Positions 1 to 14,123 of a stretch of 64,000 bases of DNA are shown piece after piece; position 1 is the first letter of the stretch, and every line of letters starts with the position of its first letter. This DNA comes from Hormiphora californensis. Taxonomy: Eukaryota > Animalia > Ctenophora. The position numbers and the translations under genes are program-made. The notes below the pieces were generated by a model. The model was not told the DNA's origin, did no database searches, and was given only the letters and a program-made list of their open reading frames with translations. The DNA lies in contig CM035354.1 in assembly GCA_020137815.1 (NCBI GenBank), positions 5,456,001 through 5,520,000 on the forward strand, in the 5' to 3' direction.

Positions 1-355
1 CTTCCACTGGAAGTTCCAAAAGTGTGAATGACAGCTTTACAGCTTTGGTCACATAAAGTATTTTATGAAGGAGCAGTCTGTCGCTTAGATACCGCCTAAC
101 GAACGGCCATCACGTCGTTCATCTCCAAATTATAATAGAGATAAACTCAATTATATCAAAAATATCTTGAAAGTTCAAGAATGCCTAGAGACTGGAAACG
201 AGAAATTTCCTAAGAAGTGTGTAATAGCTGCTCTTCATGCACTAATGTAAATTAGTAATCGATGTCGGCCGTAAAAGAGGGACGGAGGTCGGACCTGGGT
301 CTCCTATGCGTCCGTGGCAAGGGGCGGCAGCGGGCAGCCACGGGCGTCGGGCAAT

Positions 356-1145
356 GATTCAAGATTCAAGATTCAAGATTCAAGATTAAAACAGAATTTA
401 TAATGTCTATAAAATCAACGTCCGCTCATACACTATACGAGCCTCGATATGCACAATGCAGTTTGCACTAACATATAACCAGGCCCGGTAATAATATTAC
501 TAGTTACCTTAAGCGGAGTATAGCAATTAGGTAACGAGAAATATGTAAGTACATTAGGTACTGTCCGAATCATCAAGTCAATCAACACATTATATAATAA
601 CAGTTGGTTTTCTTACACATTGATTAATGATTGGGTGCCACACGAAATAATAATAGTAATGAGAAAACACAGTTAGACAAGTCATCGTTATAACTCTGTT
701 TCTGATATGGATTAAGCAGTGAAGTAAAGTGACCCAAAGACCGATGTGAATTTAGGTTGGAGTAAAGGAACCCAGGAATGATGTCGCAAAGGGGGGGGGG
801 GGGAAAGGACCCAGGACTGGAACTGATGGGAAGTAGGCTGAAGTGAAAGGACCCGGAAAACCGATGGGAAATAATGTTGGAGTAAAAGGACCCAGTACAG
901 ATATTACAATGCAGTTACTGTCCGTATGCTTTATAGAAGAGGTGTGTCTTCAGTGCTGTTTTGAATGATGATAGGGATTTGGAGTCACGAATCCCTCGTG
1001 GTAATTCATTCCACATTTTTGGAGCTGCAACACTGAACGCCCCTTTGGTGCTTTCGTAGTGAAACTCACTTCTCCGTATTTCCTTGAGGGTTGTATCATC
1101 GTTATCAATCCTGAGTGACTGAACTTTCTGAGGTCGCTTCATTAA
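356..1145 (-). mobile_element. 5'-truncated L2/CR1-group LINE, 3' end (ORF2 C-terminus, 3' UTR, tandem tail)
   Basis: The 915..1277 ORF ends GAFSVAAPKMWNELPRGIRDSKSLSSFKTALKTHLF, a typical L2/CR1 ORF2 C-terminus. A (GATTCAA)x4 tail lies at 356-386. Confidence 0.8.
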
Positions 1146-1188
1146 CATTTCAGCCATGTAGGGGGGTGATTTTCCATGGATGGTTTTA

Positions 1189-1890
1189 GAATTACAAGAA
1201 TTACAAGAATTACAAATAAGTTTTGGTATTGTACACAATAAATAGTCAAAATAATACCACGCACTCAGCCTAAGCATCCACGTGAAGTGATGTGATAAGT
1301 GGGAATGAAGGTTACTTGCCTTCCGTCAGCAGACTAAAGAGCGAGTTGTCCCCAGTTGTGTGGTATCCTGTGACCGGAGGTCTGTCCGGAAGGGTGTCGA
1401 GAAATCTGCCCAGGTTGACTTTTAGGTTGTCAACAGATGTAGATAGACGAACTGATGTCGGCATCCTGTTGAAGAGTTGGATAGCTCGTATCCCAAAAGA
1501 TTCCTCCCGAAGAGTCTGGACTGATTTTTGAGCAGTGTGATGGATTTGTGGGAGATGGGCCTTTGGTCCATGGCGAAGGTGGTTGTAGAAGGATATGTTC
1601 GTGCTGTTTGGTACCATCTCGTGAAGTATCTTCCATACCTGGATTATCATGTACCGTTCTCTTCTTCTTTGTAGAGACAGAATCCTCAGATACTTGATCC
1701 TTTCCCAATAGTCCATACCTTCACATTCTTTCACCCGTCGAGTGAAGGATCTCTGTACGGTTTCCAGTTGAGCAATATCTTTGATTTTACACGGTGACCA
1801 AAGTGGGGAACAGTACTCCAGCTTTGGCCTAATCAAAGACTTTAGTAAGGTCAGCATCGTTCCTTCAGATCGGTCTCTGAATACTCCCGT
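1189..1890 (-). mobile_element. 5'-truncated CR1-like LINE, 3' end
   Basis: KSLIRPKLEYCSPLWSP...ETVQRSFTRRV...YWERIKYLRILSLQRRRERY is the post-RT region of CR1 ORF2. A (GAATTACAA)x3 tail lies at 1189-1215. Confidence 0.85.
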
Positions 1891-4792
1891 AAGCAAATTT
1901 TATACTCTATTCTTTGTCTTACAGGTAAGAAATGTGATTTCATTCTCAGTTTTGTCACACCGCGTCTGCCTTTCTTGCCATATATAAATCGTGTCGCAGG
2001 GTGAACCCCCATGGTCCAAAAGCAAGATTCAGGGACAGCCGCTTGGCCTACGCTGCAGTTCCCTTCGCCATACTAGTAGCCGTCTAAAACACACAAACTG
2101 GGGACTGCAGCACATGCCAAAACAGCCGGCAGGACCTTTCTCCTTTTTTAAAGACAGAGAAAAATCGGCAGAACTTCTTAACTTTTGAAATTCCGCCACG
2201 CGACGGCCACATCTTGGCCGCGCGGGGTTAATTGGTGAGGCTGCGCGGAATTTTTTTGCGCGTGTCAAATATTGACTTTGTGGAAATTGCTAAGTTTTGC
2301 ACTATTCTTTTGGATTTTGCTGCTATCGTAGTTCATTAGTGCCTCATTAAACAGCTAATTATCACCAGTAATTACCGATAATTCCAGGAACTTGCCGAGG
2401 AGTTCTGTTGCCGTGAAGTGAGAAGTAGCGCGCTAAGAGTGCTTAAATACTGCACTTTACACAATGTAAAGGCGCGCTAACTAGCAATACGATTATGTAG
2501 CGGCCCGTCTCGTCACAGGACCTGACGCCACTTTGGAATTCTTCCAATTTCTCTCTGAACTGGGCCGAGGATTGTTCTAACCCTCCGTTACAAGGCTAAT
2601 GCACAGGGCACGGGGCGAGCAAGGCAAGTCGATTAAAGTAAAGAACTCGTGTGATTTTAGTAAAATGAAACACAATTATGCTCAACACATATTTACACAA
2701 TACTCGAGGGGGGGAGTTAAAAAAGACCCTAATTCTAAGTTTGTGTAGAATCTTATAGCCATAACTTACTATCACTTTTACACATTTCAAACCCAACACT
2801 AGCATCTGTATTTGGGCGTAAAACCTGTCAACTATAACTTTTGGCGAACAGCAGATTGTCAGAAATTGTCAACTTTTAATATCAAAATCTTAGGAATTGT
2901 AAACTGTTTATCATTTTCTCTCTCATATCAAAAATTACAAACACATCTGTTATCTCTCTACATTCCTAAAGAATTTCTTCTCCCCTAACCCTGGACCTTA
3001 GTCCTATGACCGAATCCTCTCGTTCCATCGGGCCCCTTTGGTTCTCTGATGAGAGCCATGGGTATCGTGCTGGGACTAACTCGAACCTTCTGTCCGATAG
3101 GAACTTGATGTCTTGAAACTCCCCCTCCATATAGTTGGCATTCACTGATCACGTGGCAGCGAACCTGATGGGCTGCCGTTTCCTGTTTCTGGCGGTAGAC
3201 TCAGGGCACACATGATGTTAACAGACGGCTTTTGAAGTAGAGCTGTTCAAGGGTTTACCACACTGACTCCGATGTTTTCCTATTTTTTTTGCATCTCCTT
3301 CTGTACTGAGCATTGGTCGCCTGTTTACAGTTTGACCTGTCCGTTCTGCAGTCAGCCGGTGACTAGCAACGCTCTGATGGCCTCCCCAGCGCAGTAGGGA
3401 GCGCCAGTTTGGCTTTCGAATTGGTGTTGTTCCCAGTGAACGATACCGAACGGGGTTTCTGTTGCCACAATCTTTGAAGAAAGGCTTTGAGACTAACATG
3501 GGCGATCGGAGGTAGGAGTCATGGTTGAACGCCACCTCACCGTTTTGGCGAACTTGCGCGCTTGGGATGGGTGGTATCCTTCTAATTCCATGGTAGACAC
3601 TTCAGAGTGCAGATGGGTAGAAGGAGACGGCTTCCGAATCGTGAGTTAGAGACGAATTTCTAAAAGAGTGATCCATAAGATGACTCCCACATTTTGGTGA
3701 TCTGGTGCAGCCCTACTTCTAGACCTAGCGCGCGCTAAAGTGAATTACGGATCCAAATCTCACTTGGGGTTTCGGGTGTGATGGAGCCATGTTCCCAGCA
3801 AGAGTGGAAGGGCGCTCTGCGAATTGCTGCTCATGCACACATAAGATTAAATGATAGTGAGTCGATTTTAATCACATTATTTCACTGGGAGAGAGAGGGG
3901 TGTTGAGGGTGGTATTATGGATATAGTCTATAGGGAGATGGTGGGGGGGGGTGGGAGAGAATAAAAAATACTATGATATATGAAGATTCGACTGAAAGAG
4001 ACTTAAAAATAAACTTAGACTCACATTGCGTATATCTCTGTGATTGACCATGTTTTCCTCACTTTAGAATTCAGTGAACAGCGGCTTGCAACCCTCATCG
4101 ACTACATTTCTAAAGATTATTGATAGTTAGGTTATTTTAATTCGAAATTATTTTGAGCTTAGGGTTCTGCGACAGGCAGTGGTAGGTTCCTGGGCTCAGT
4201 ACTCGAGGGGGGGGGGGATTAATGAACATCACTTGTAATTCACGTATGCTTAAAACGGAAATGTAAATTTCTGCGTCACGATGTAACTTCTTATATACAA
4301 TACTCTCTCTCTTAGACTTCTCTTCTCGTGAGATAGTATCACATCACACTACACCTTCAGCTGCGTAGGTAGGTACTGCTGCTGAGCCGAACTGTTTCAG
4401 ACAATTCCAACCATATCGCCTTTGGCAGCCGTCTCTGGTAGGCGAAACTTCACAACACGAGCAGAGACTGGCCCGGGGACCATTATGACGGGAGAGAGTA
4501 GGGGATTAAACATCATGTTAGTTCTCTTGTCTTGTCTAACATCTGGTAAATGTTCTCTGTCTATGCCCTTCCTGATAGTCGTATGTACTCTCTATCTTCT
4601 TTCTCTTTCTAGCCTTTTCTCGTTATGCCTGTCAGAAAGATGTCACCTCAGTTTGACTCACGCCCTGCTCCTTCTATGTTGTCCTCTTCCAAACTGTCTG
4701 TGTACTCCACCTCATCTACGGCAAAGGTTCGCTAACATGTCTCGTCAGTGTCCATGCTGGTCTATATCGGAAGGTACGTTGCAGTTTCTTTT

Positions 4793-4925
4793 GTCTAGTG
4801 TCTCTGTCTAGTGTCCCTTCTCTGTCTAGTGTTTCTTCTCTGTCTAGTGTCTCTTCTCTGTCTAGTGTCTCTTCTCTGTCTAGTGTCTAGTGTCTCTTTC
4901 TAGCCTTTCTTCTCTGTCTAGTGCC
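4793..4925. repeat. Minisatellite, ~18-bp unit TCTAGTGTCTCTTCTCTG
   Basis: About 6-7 imperfect tandem copies are visible. Confidence 0.85.
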
Positions 4926-7114
4926 ACATTTCCCCCCTATATTGACATTCGCACAGCGACAAATAAAAAGGTTGGCTAAAATTTCAGCCTTTGGTGTGCG
5001 ACTTTTTGACCTAACCCCTTCTACTAAAGTCCCTTTTAGTTCACCCCCAAAGTTGTGTGTGGAATTATTTTGCGTGTTGATCACACTAGCACACCCATTG
5101 GGTGCACCTCAAGTAAGGGCTTTTTATAACCCACCCGGCTTCGCTGGGTGGTTCTTTTCGTCCCTTTCAACGTCAACAACACGGTTGCCATGGTAACTGA
5201 ATTGGTGACTATGGGCCATGGGGACTGCCCGTTAGAGCCGTTTTAGTGCAGGGTGCTTTTTGGCAGCGTGTAACTATAAACAGGCATCCAAACATCCAGA
5301 TCTTAACAGCGCCCAAAAATTGGTACAAAAGAGTTTTTCTTTTTTTGCGCTAATTTTAGGCCCGTTACGATCTGGGGGTGTTTTGGGGTGTGGAGGCTGA
5401 CAAAAGTTTTACTAAGGGTTACGCTAAAGTCAAGGTTTGGGTTATCAGGATTTTTGGGGTGGGTTAGGCCTTACCATCCCAACCCAGTAATAATACTTGT
5501 TGAAATCAATCCAAAACGATTTTAAGTGGTTGTGCGTTGAGGCCTTTAGTAATAAATTTTTCGGGGGTCGCGCATGTAGGGGCCTCACACCGATTCCAAG
5601 GTGGCCCCCAATTGTCGGATTTTTTGAATTTTTGCGCGCACAAGAAATTATGGAACCGCGACATTAATTTATACAATTTTGAGCTGAACTCAAAACATTT
5701 TTTGTCAAAAACATTCCGCTCAGAAAGGGGTGTGAACTTCAATCTGTTTTGTGTTTCGACCTTCCGTGCCAAAACAACATCACTAACTGACTCTAACCGC
5801 ACAGCGTTTTAACCGTTTTTTCTTCGGTTTTTTAACTGTTTCCCTTCTTCCTTCTAGTTTCGCAAGAAATGTGCGTTTTCGCTTCCTCACATTGTAACGG
5901 TGGTGGCTCAAATTGTTCCTTTACTCCGTTCAGTTTCCTTACAGTTTCAAAATCCGACTTTTTTACCAGGTGCTGTCGGAGTTTACCCCCAGCTATAAAC
6001 CCCAACCACCCCAGCCACCAACCCTTTACCCTCGATTTTTGCCTCTCCCTATAGTAAACCGTGACCTACACGTCCATCAACCCCCCAGTTTGTAATGTGG
6101 GCCCCCACAATTTTGTTGATGAGGTTAACAAGGTTTGGTCGGAACTTTATTTTTTGGGCGCGGCGGCAGAATAGCATATTGCCATGGGACCCCGCGCGAT
6201 GTTTATTTATGTTCCCAGGAATTGATTTACAGGTAAAACCTCACAAGGGGTTTTGTAAAATCCCAGCCTTCTTTGTCTTCTTTTCAAGTTTTTCACTTTA
6301 GAGTATTCCTTCGGAAAAGGGCGCGGTGCTTTTAATCACACTTATTATTGGGTGGTCTTCATCCCACCTCCTGTTGTTTAGTTTCACTTTTAATTTTTTC
6401 ATGGTAGTTTAAGGGGCAGTGCCTGTGGTAGTTTCGCGCGCCAGGCCCGTTCTATAGGGAGGTCTCTCATGTCTGCAGTCCCACGGTCATGGGTTGTAGG
6501 GGCGGTTAACCCTCCCTCGAGGGAGGCTGCCGGGGCTGTAAAAATTCTATTTTGACCCTTTTCCAATTTTTTTCTTTCATTCCCTTCTCCATAATTCAGA
6601 AGTGAATATGGGAGGGTGCTCCAGATTCGATTCGATGCAGAGCCGTGGTTTGTACATGTGTGGAATACTGGGCCTGTTGTCCCTTCGTAATTAGAGTATC
6701 GTGACTAGGTCCCCACGAGGAGGTCGGAGGATTGTCGTTCACTCAGCGATTCCTATTAATTATGGACTACAACATGACGGCGATATCTCGTCTGACGTCT
6801 CCCATCTTCTCTCCTTCTTCGCGTCCATCCACCACTGAAGTGTCTTTGGTGACCTACAACTCTGGCTCATGCAACTCTGGCTCATAGATTGAAGTATTCA
6901 TAGTTCAGTGTCAGACGACAGTATCAGGCGTCTAAACTTATAGATTCTACCATAGAATTGTAGCTAACCGTCAGGCGTCATTAGAATGATATGGGATATG
7001 GCAAGGTCCAGACTCCAGTTATACACAATCTTCAAAATAGTTTATCTAATCATGTCGAGACATCCACATTATAAACAAACGCTTCAGCCTCTCTGAACTC
7101 ATTCGGTTTTACAA

Positions 7115-7270
7115 CTAGAAGTCCGTGCCCCGGCTCAGGGCATAGTCCAACAAGGAGTTTCCATGAACACACGAGTACCCCCTGGTTGGTGGTCTATCAG
7201 CAATGCCCCTGAGGTGTCCTCCTAGTACAAACTTGAGTTCATCGATATTCCCATTTCCCGGCCTTCTTGA
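7115..7270 (-). mobile_element. Short CR1-like LINE 3' fragment
   Basis: ELKFVLGGHLRGIADRPPTRGYSCVHGNSLLD aligns with NLKVNLGRFLDTLPDRPPVTGYHTTGDNSL at the end of the 1312..1896 CR1 ORF. Confidence 0.65.
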
Positions 7271-8994
7271 TAACAATTTGGAAGAGTGTTCCATAGTTTC
7301 GCCCAAGACCCGAACATAGCAGGCTAGTCCATGTGATGGCGCCAAGTACTGCAAGGCAGTGATGCTTTTAGACGCTTCAAACGCTCTCAATCGACTAGTA
7401 ATAAAAATATAGAGCACATCTATCCTAAAATGGAGGTTGAAAGTAATGGAACCGCCTCGCCATTGTATGTTGGGTCCCATGTGATAATGAGTGACGAAGG
7501 CAGCACACAAGATTGCCCCAGTGCGATATCGATTTATAGCCTTGGAATTCTCCCCCTTATCAATCTGGCCGATAATATGGACGAAATCATATAGTGCTGG
7601 TACGCTGGTCGCTGATGAATGATGATGCCAACGGTGCAGGAAATTTGTCTCTTGGACTGGTTCTCGCTAGTTCAGGGTCCGTTTACATGATGGCTGATTG
7701 TTAAAGAACAACACTTGAAAGAGGCATGGGAGCTGTTCAAGGACTTAGGCGTTACATCGGCCGAGGCTCGCCACCTTGGTGCTTGGGATGGATTTATCGA
7801 ACCTCTTTTCCAGCATATCGAAAAACTTATCAGACATAAATTCATCTCGCTTTTCTTTACGATTAAGTGACTGTAGATAGTGAGGTTTGATAGGTATCTC
7901 TAGGGCAGTAGACTGGTATTATTTAGCCTTTTATTGGACCAGGCCAAATGTCACATTTTCATACTTGACAACAATTTAGTGTTTACCCTACACCTATCAT
8001 TTCCATTTAAAACGTGTTGGCATCGATACTTGCCAAACAGTTACATATGTTACACATTGCATTAGATCATCATCAATTGTCTTTACACAGTTATTTAGCC
8101 GCTGTGTTGAGCGTGTTGCCTTCTACAGAATCTTGTGTCGTGACGGGGAGATAAGAAAGATATACACAGAAGAATAATTAGGATGTTCTTTTATACCGCC
8201 CATATCCCATTACAGTAACAATTACAGCAACATGCCAATTAATTGGTACTGTTCTGTGGAATGTATATGAAGAGTAGGTACATGTTATATTGTATAGTAT
8301 AGATAGTAGATACCCGCCCTCTTCTTAGCTTAGCTCTTTTGTCCATATTGAGTTTATTCATACTTAGCTTTTGTTTTTCACAATGTTTATTAAATTTACT
8401 TTTTTCCTCACCTCTCTCTCGGTCTCTTGTCTCTTTTTAATTCATGGATAGTTTCCGAATAGTTATTTAACTTTTATATCAGGTCTCTTCAATTATTTAT
8501 GTCTTTGACCCAATAATTTATTTACATCTTTCTCTTTAGCGGATAGCCTGTTTTTCGCTTTCACTTTTTCTCCCCTGTCTCTCTCTCTCTCTCTCTCCAC
8601 TTGCAGCATTAGCTATCCAACAAACATGCATTTGGGAACCAATCTCTCCTATTTGATAACCTTTCAGATTTATCTATTGCCACATATTCGCAGCTTGTCG
8701 GATAGTAGTACATGCAGTTGCAACATTTGGAACAGCGATTCTGTGACACGGCCCGTTGAGTGACCCACCACGCAGTGATAGCAGTGACGCGCGGAGAGTG
8801 AACTTTAGACCATGTCGCGCGCTAAGAGTCTCTCACTCAGCCGCTGCGGTGACCTAAATTAGCCGTGATTGTGTGTGTATGGACTTATCAGTGACTTATG
8901 ACTACCACGGCATTCAACCGCCCCCATTCAGGCCAAGTACCACGGTACATATCCCTGACCACCTTTTAACAATCCCGCCCTTTTTTGTAGCAAG

Positions 8995-11900
8995 ATGACG
9001 GCGGCATCTCTGCGAGCTGACGGTATCGATGAAAAGTGGACATCCACATCTTGGCTGCGGATAGAGCAGGAACTGGGGGCCTTTGATAAGCGAGTCTTGA
9101 AGAGTTTAGTTGAAGATGCGAGACAGATATCCAGTAATGAGGGAGTGTATACAGTGATGGGGGAGTATCTGTACCAGGCTGTCCGGCCGACCCTTAATGC
9201 TGGCTCTGTAAAGCTGTTGGAGAAATTGGATTCCAGATCAAGTACACCCAGTAGTGTTGGAAGTCTCAAAAAACAGGGGAGCAACAGGAAGGCTAGAGGA
9301 GGAGGGGGTAACAAGGGCAAGAAACAGGGACCATCGAAAGCGGAACAGATCCGAATGCAGAACTCTCTCGGAACTCTCACTGCTAAGATTGAAACGGCCC
9401 TATCTGTGTTCTCTGAAACAAGTGATGTGTTTGTGAGACCCAAACTAATGGGTGAAAGTATTATCGAACTAAGAGGAGTTGGGTTTTTGTGTTGTGCTTG
9501 GTTTTTGTTAACCAAAAAACGGACACTCGTCTGGGACCGGGATATGACAGTGCTAACGTATAGTATCATCGTATCAATGCAACGGTTTACGGCATCTCTT
9601 GTTAACCTAAAGGGGAAGTCACATCTTCATGCCCTAAAAGATGATGTTGTGTCGACATCACTTGTAGCGGATCTAACAGACAAGCTGGTAGAGTTAAAGG
9701 AAAAGTTTGAGTTTACGGGGGGAAACGTCTACAAATCAGCCCCTCAACTCCTCATTTTTAGCTCCTTCGATGATACCCTTCCGATTAGTAATATCAAGCC
9801 TTACCCCCACCAAAAGAGAGTATGTGAGGTGGTGGAGGGGGCTATGGAGAGTGGGTGTTATGTCATGTATAGAGCTATGACTAATGCTGGTAAAACTACT
9901 ACCTTGGTATCCCTAGCGGCTACAGTTCAGCGGATAAGGGAAAAAGCCAAGGCAGAGGGTGATGAATACATGGCTCAACTTGAGGTGAGAAAGCTTTTCC
10001 AGACACCTAGTGTGAACCTAGTGTCCAAATGTTTTCTGTGTGAAGCATTATTTTCCGTCAATTCCTCAGTTATTGAATGACTCATTCCCTCTCTATCCTG
10101 ATCCAAATCCAAAGAACTATTTTACCAATTCTCCCCTCCCTTTAATTCAGATTCCAATAGTTTTACCCCCTCTTTTTCAGATTCTGTTTACCTGTAACGC
10201 CAACCCAGTTAAGGATCAAGCTTGTAACTGGCTCTTCAACACAACCAAACTCCAAAACACACCCTTTATCGGTTTTGGTATTGCTTTTGAGGGTCACATC
10301 CAAGATCCTAAAAGATTGGTGATAAGAGACAGTTATGCTACATCCAGGTTGGCCGAGGGGAACAATTCAGTTCGTGTTGTCACCGTGTGTTCCCCTGGTA
10401 TCGCCCTGAGAATTCTCCGGGAGCGGGCTTTCAAACCATACATTTTGTTTCACGATGAGCCCACTATCGGGGCTGATAATTTGAACACACCCGGTATTGT
10501 ACAGAACGTTAACTTGTTACGATTCCCTCCCAAATGGACCATCCTCTCCTCTGCCACTCTCCCAGCTCAGGAGGACCTCCTGCCATTTATAATGCGCTAC
10601 AAGAAGCGCTTCCCCGAGGCTGTAGTGGATAACATCCACTCATCTTCTATCACAGTGGGGTGCGATATCTTCTCTCTGGATGGGGTAACCTTTGCACCAC
10701 ATCTGGGTATCCAGACTGGGACGGAGTTGGTGAAATGTGTGGAAAGGATATCTGATAACATGTTCCTATCTCGGTCCTATACTCCCCCCGTTGTGTCGGA
10801 GCTACACAAACATGCCCAACACTGCCTGTCCCTACCTGATCTAGATGCCCATTTCACGGATATTGATAATCTCTCTGCGAACAGTGTCCGCAAGTACGGT
10901 CTCCAGATCCTGGGGGATGTTGCTAAGGGAGGGGATGAGACTGTAGCAGGGGTTTGTGGGACTGCTCTTGATACAGCTGGTAGGAGGGTGGATCTCTCTA
11001 GGATGGCGACGGTGGATGCCCATTTGTTCCCCCAGATGAGTCTAATAGCCACTAATGACCCTCTAAACCTAGCCCTGGACAAGTTTTCCAATTTGTTGGA
11101 TGCGGTAAAAAGCACCAAAGTCCACACTCCAGAGAAGATTGAGGCAGCCTATTGGAAGGCACAAGAAGCATGGTCCTCAGAGATCGACAAGATACGGAAA
11201 CGAAAAACCAAGTCTCAGGGGTCTGGTAGGAAGAAGAACGATGATGATGAAGGGGGAGAAGAGCCGGACTACGCTCAGCAAGAGATGGACATGCTGGCTA
11301 ACAAACCCTTCATTTCGTTCCCTGAGGAGTTCCAGATCAACACCCGACTACACGCAGAACGGTTCTCCCCCGCTGGAAGGATGGAGCTGGAGAGATACCC
11401 AATGCCTGATTTCGAGTTCATGGCGGACAAGAAACTGGGGGTGTCTAATGATGTCATCCTGCTGCTGTGTTGTGGGGTTGGGGTTTATGCACCTATGAAC
11501 AGTAGAGTGAACAGCAACGCCTACCTAGCGTAAGTAGATAGTACGGAGGTAACTTGAGTCGCTTGGCACTGTGAAAAATTCAAAGGGTGATGGGTATTTT
11601 TGGAAATCTGTGTCCTATTCCCGTCCTATTCTAAACAACATAATCCCCCTCCTCCTCAGGCTTGTTAAGGACTTGGCACAGAAGGGACGGTTAGCATTCA
11701 TGGTAGCTGACGATCACATAGCATACGGTGTCAACTTCCCCTTCTCCCGTACCATTGTTTGTAGTGATTTCTCGGCTAACCACAGTATCAACACTGTATA
11801 CCAGATTATCTCACGGGCAGGTTAGATAGTTTGTTTCTGGTTTTTAACTGTTTAAACACCGGCTGTTTAAACTGTTTAAACCAATTGTTAAACCAGCAGG

Positions 11901-12177
11901 CTGGGAAGTTTCAATATGAATAATCAGTACTGAACCACCCTATTATTGAGTATATCACCCCATCCCATCCCCAGGTCGTGTTGGACAGAGTTGGTTTGCG
12001 GAGGCGTTCATCTCGGACCAAGTAGTTGGTGTATTGAGGGAGCAGTGCCAATCTGATGTGAAGCAGAATGAAATGAAGAATGAGATAGATAATATCAAGA
12101 AGACAGCCCAGATGTTACTGGAGAAGGACAGGAAGGAGAGGGCTCTCCGGGAAGAATTAGCAAGAACTGCTGTATAG
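8995..12177 (+). CDS. SF2 (DExD/H-like) helicase-family protein, 4 exons: 8995-9984, 10181-11529, 11660-11820, 11975-12177 (~900 aa)
   Basis: GT-AG introns with consistent phases (0,2,1). Motifs: AMTNAGKTT (Walker A), ILFHDEPT (II), LSSATLP (III), YGVNFP (V), QIISRAGRVG (VI, spanning the last intron). Confidence 0.8.
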
Positions 12178-13115
12178 TGTGGGGGAGAGGAGTAGAATTT
12201 AAATTTAGATAATATATTGGACATGTATTGCTTCGTTTTACTGGAGCCGTTTACCACTGTCAGAGCATTGGCCTGACCCATTCTCGCTTCGCGAGAACTG
12301 TGGTCAGAGCATTGGCCTGACAGGTTTACCATGTTTTTGTGTGTGTTTGTGTGAGTAAGAGAGAGAGGAGAGAGAACAAGTTGTTGCGATGTTACAATGC
12401 AATACCCCCACCGACCATCCCCTGTCAGGGCATTGGCCTGACCCTATTCTCAGCGAGAACTGTGGTCAGAGCATTGGTCTGACAGACCATCCCTCATTTT
12501 GGGTATTGGGTATTTTTTGAGACGGATGGATCATGTTTTTAGTTATAATTTGTCTTCACGATCACCTACCCACTATTTGTCCTGACAAATAACGACCCTA
12601 TTAGTATTAGGAGACAGGGACTCTGTCAGAGTCCTGTTATAACTCTTTTTGGAGTTTGTTATGTGGTGTTAGCTGTGTTTCGTTAAGTGTAAGGGACTGA
12701 TTTGTTTTCTTAACTGTTTGCAATTAAAAACCACCGCCTTTTATTTCTAACACGGGCTGATAATACAGGGAACGGATGGTAAGGGGAGAGAGGATGATCT
12801 ACCGAACCTTCACAGAGCGGTTTTGGCCACACAAGGATCCCCACCGAGGGCTGAATCTAGTTGGGGAGTCCCAATATTCCGAACGGACAATAAAATAATT
12901 CAGAGTTCACCAGGTCCGAAATAAATCCGTCTGTACAAAAAACAACAATTTATTCTCATACAATCTCTTCCCCCTTTTCTCACAAATACACAGACACACA
13001 CTCCCAAACACAAATCATCCCGGGATAACTCCCCCTGTCTGAGACAGTGTCTCTCTCTACCCGTTTGTATACACAAACTCAATCACACAAGTCACAATTC
13101 GAATCCAATAAATAA

Positions 13116-14092
13116 TTAATCATCCTCATCTTCATATTCCTCATTATCATCAGAATAATAATAGTCACTCCCGCTATAATTGTAATCGGAATCCAAATTC
13201 AAATTATCAATACTGTCCAAGTTTTCCTCAAGTCGCGTTTGTATTGTGTACTCGGCGAGAGTCAATGGAATTACAACCCCGTCCGCTTCTGCCAGGCTCT
13301 TGTTCTTCTCTATCAGGTGCCTGGAAAAGAGAGGGGTTAGAACTGGGTGTGACAGAATTAACATGAAAATCTGATAATTCTGGATACACCATCTAATTTA
13401 TGGTAGGAGATCTTGCCTATCACCATCTACCCGATTTATCCCCGCCAGACACTGTATGCAGCATATGTGTGTATGTGTGTGTGTGGGCGACTGTATTTGT
13501 ACGACTTTTACACTGCTGTTGTGTGTGACTGTCTCGCACGATCCCAGATTCTATGTTTGGCTTTGGTTCGAGCGCGCGGCTCATTTTAGTGCTGAAAAGT
13601 TGCATTTTCAATAGAACAACGCGCACGATTCTCATTGCTGACAACAGAAAGAGGTTTTGTTTGTAAACAAAGCGAAGCAGTGAGGCTGGGAAAGTGAGAC
13701 GAAGTTATCAATTTGCCTGCCAAGAAATATTGACCTTAATTTTAGGGAGCCAAAGTTGGTTGTTTAGTTTTTGGACGTCAGAATCGAAAATTAAATTATT
13801 TGCTTTACTCTGCCTTGTTGAAAAAACAATCATGGTATCCCAAGTTTCTCTACCTCTCTCTAGCTCTCTCTCTCTCTCTCCCATGTATAACACAAACAAG
13901 CTTCTCCTCTCACTTCCTAGCCATCCTAGTTACACACTCACTCATGGCGGCACTAAGTAGATATATTATCGACAGTAGTTTCAGTCGACCACTAATTTAC
14001 ACACTTTGATGCTGCTGTACTGCTGATGCAATTACACACAGACCGAGAACTGTCTCTTTCTCTCTTTTTCTATCTCTCTCTCTCTCTCTTTT

Positions 14093-14123
<31 letters not shown>

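Noticed and set aside
4930-6600. Several short ORFs
   Set aside because: No motifs or splice structure; run-rich, low-quality-looking sequence.
8928-9569. Antisense ORFs over the helicase, UBALD, RepHel and SGNH exons (e.g. 8928..9569 -, 41760..42323 +, 47861..48370 +)
   Set aside because: Shadow frames of real coding or repeat sequence.
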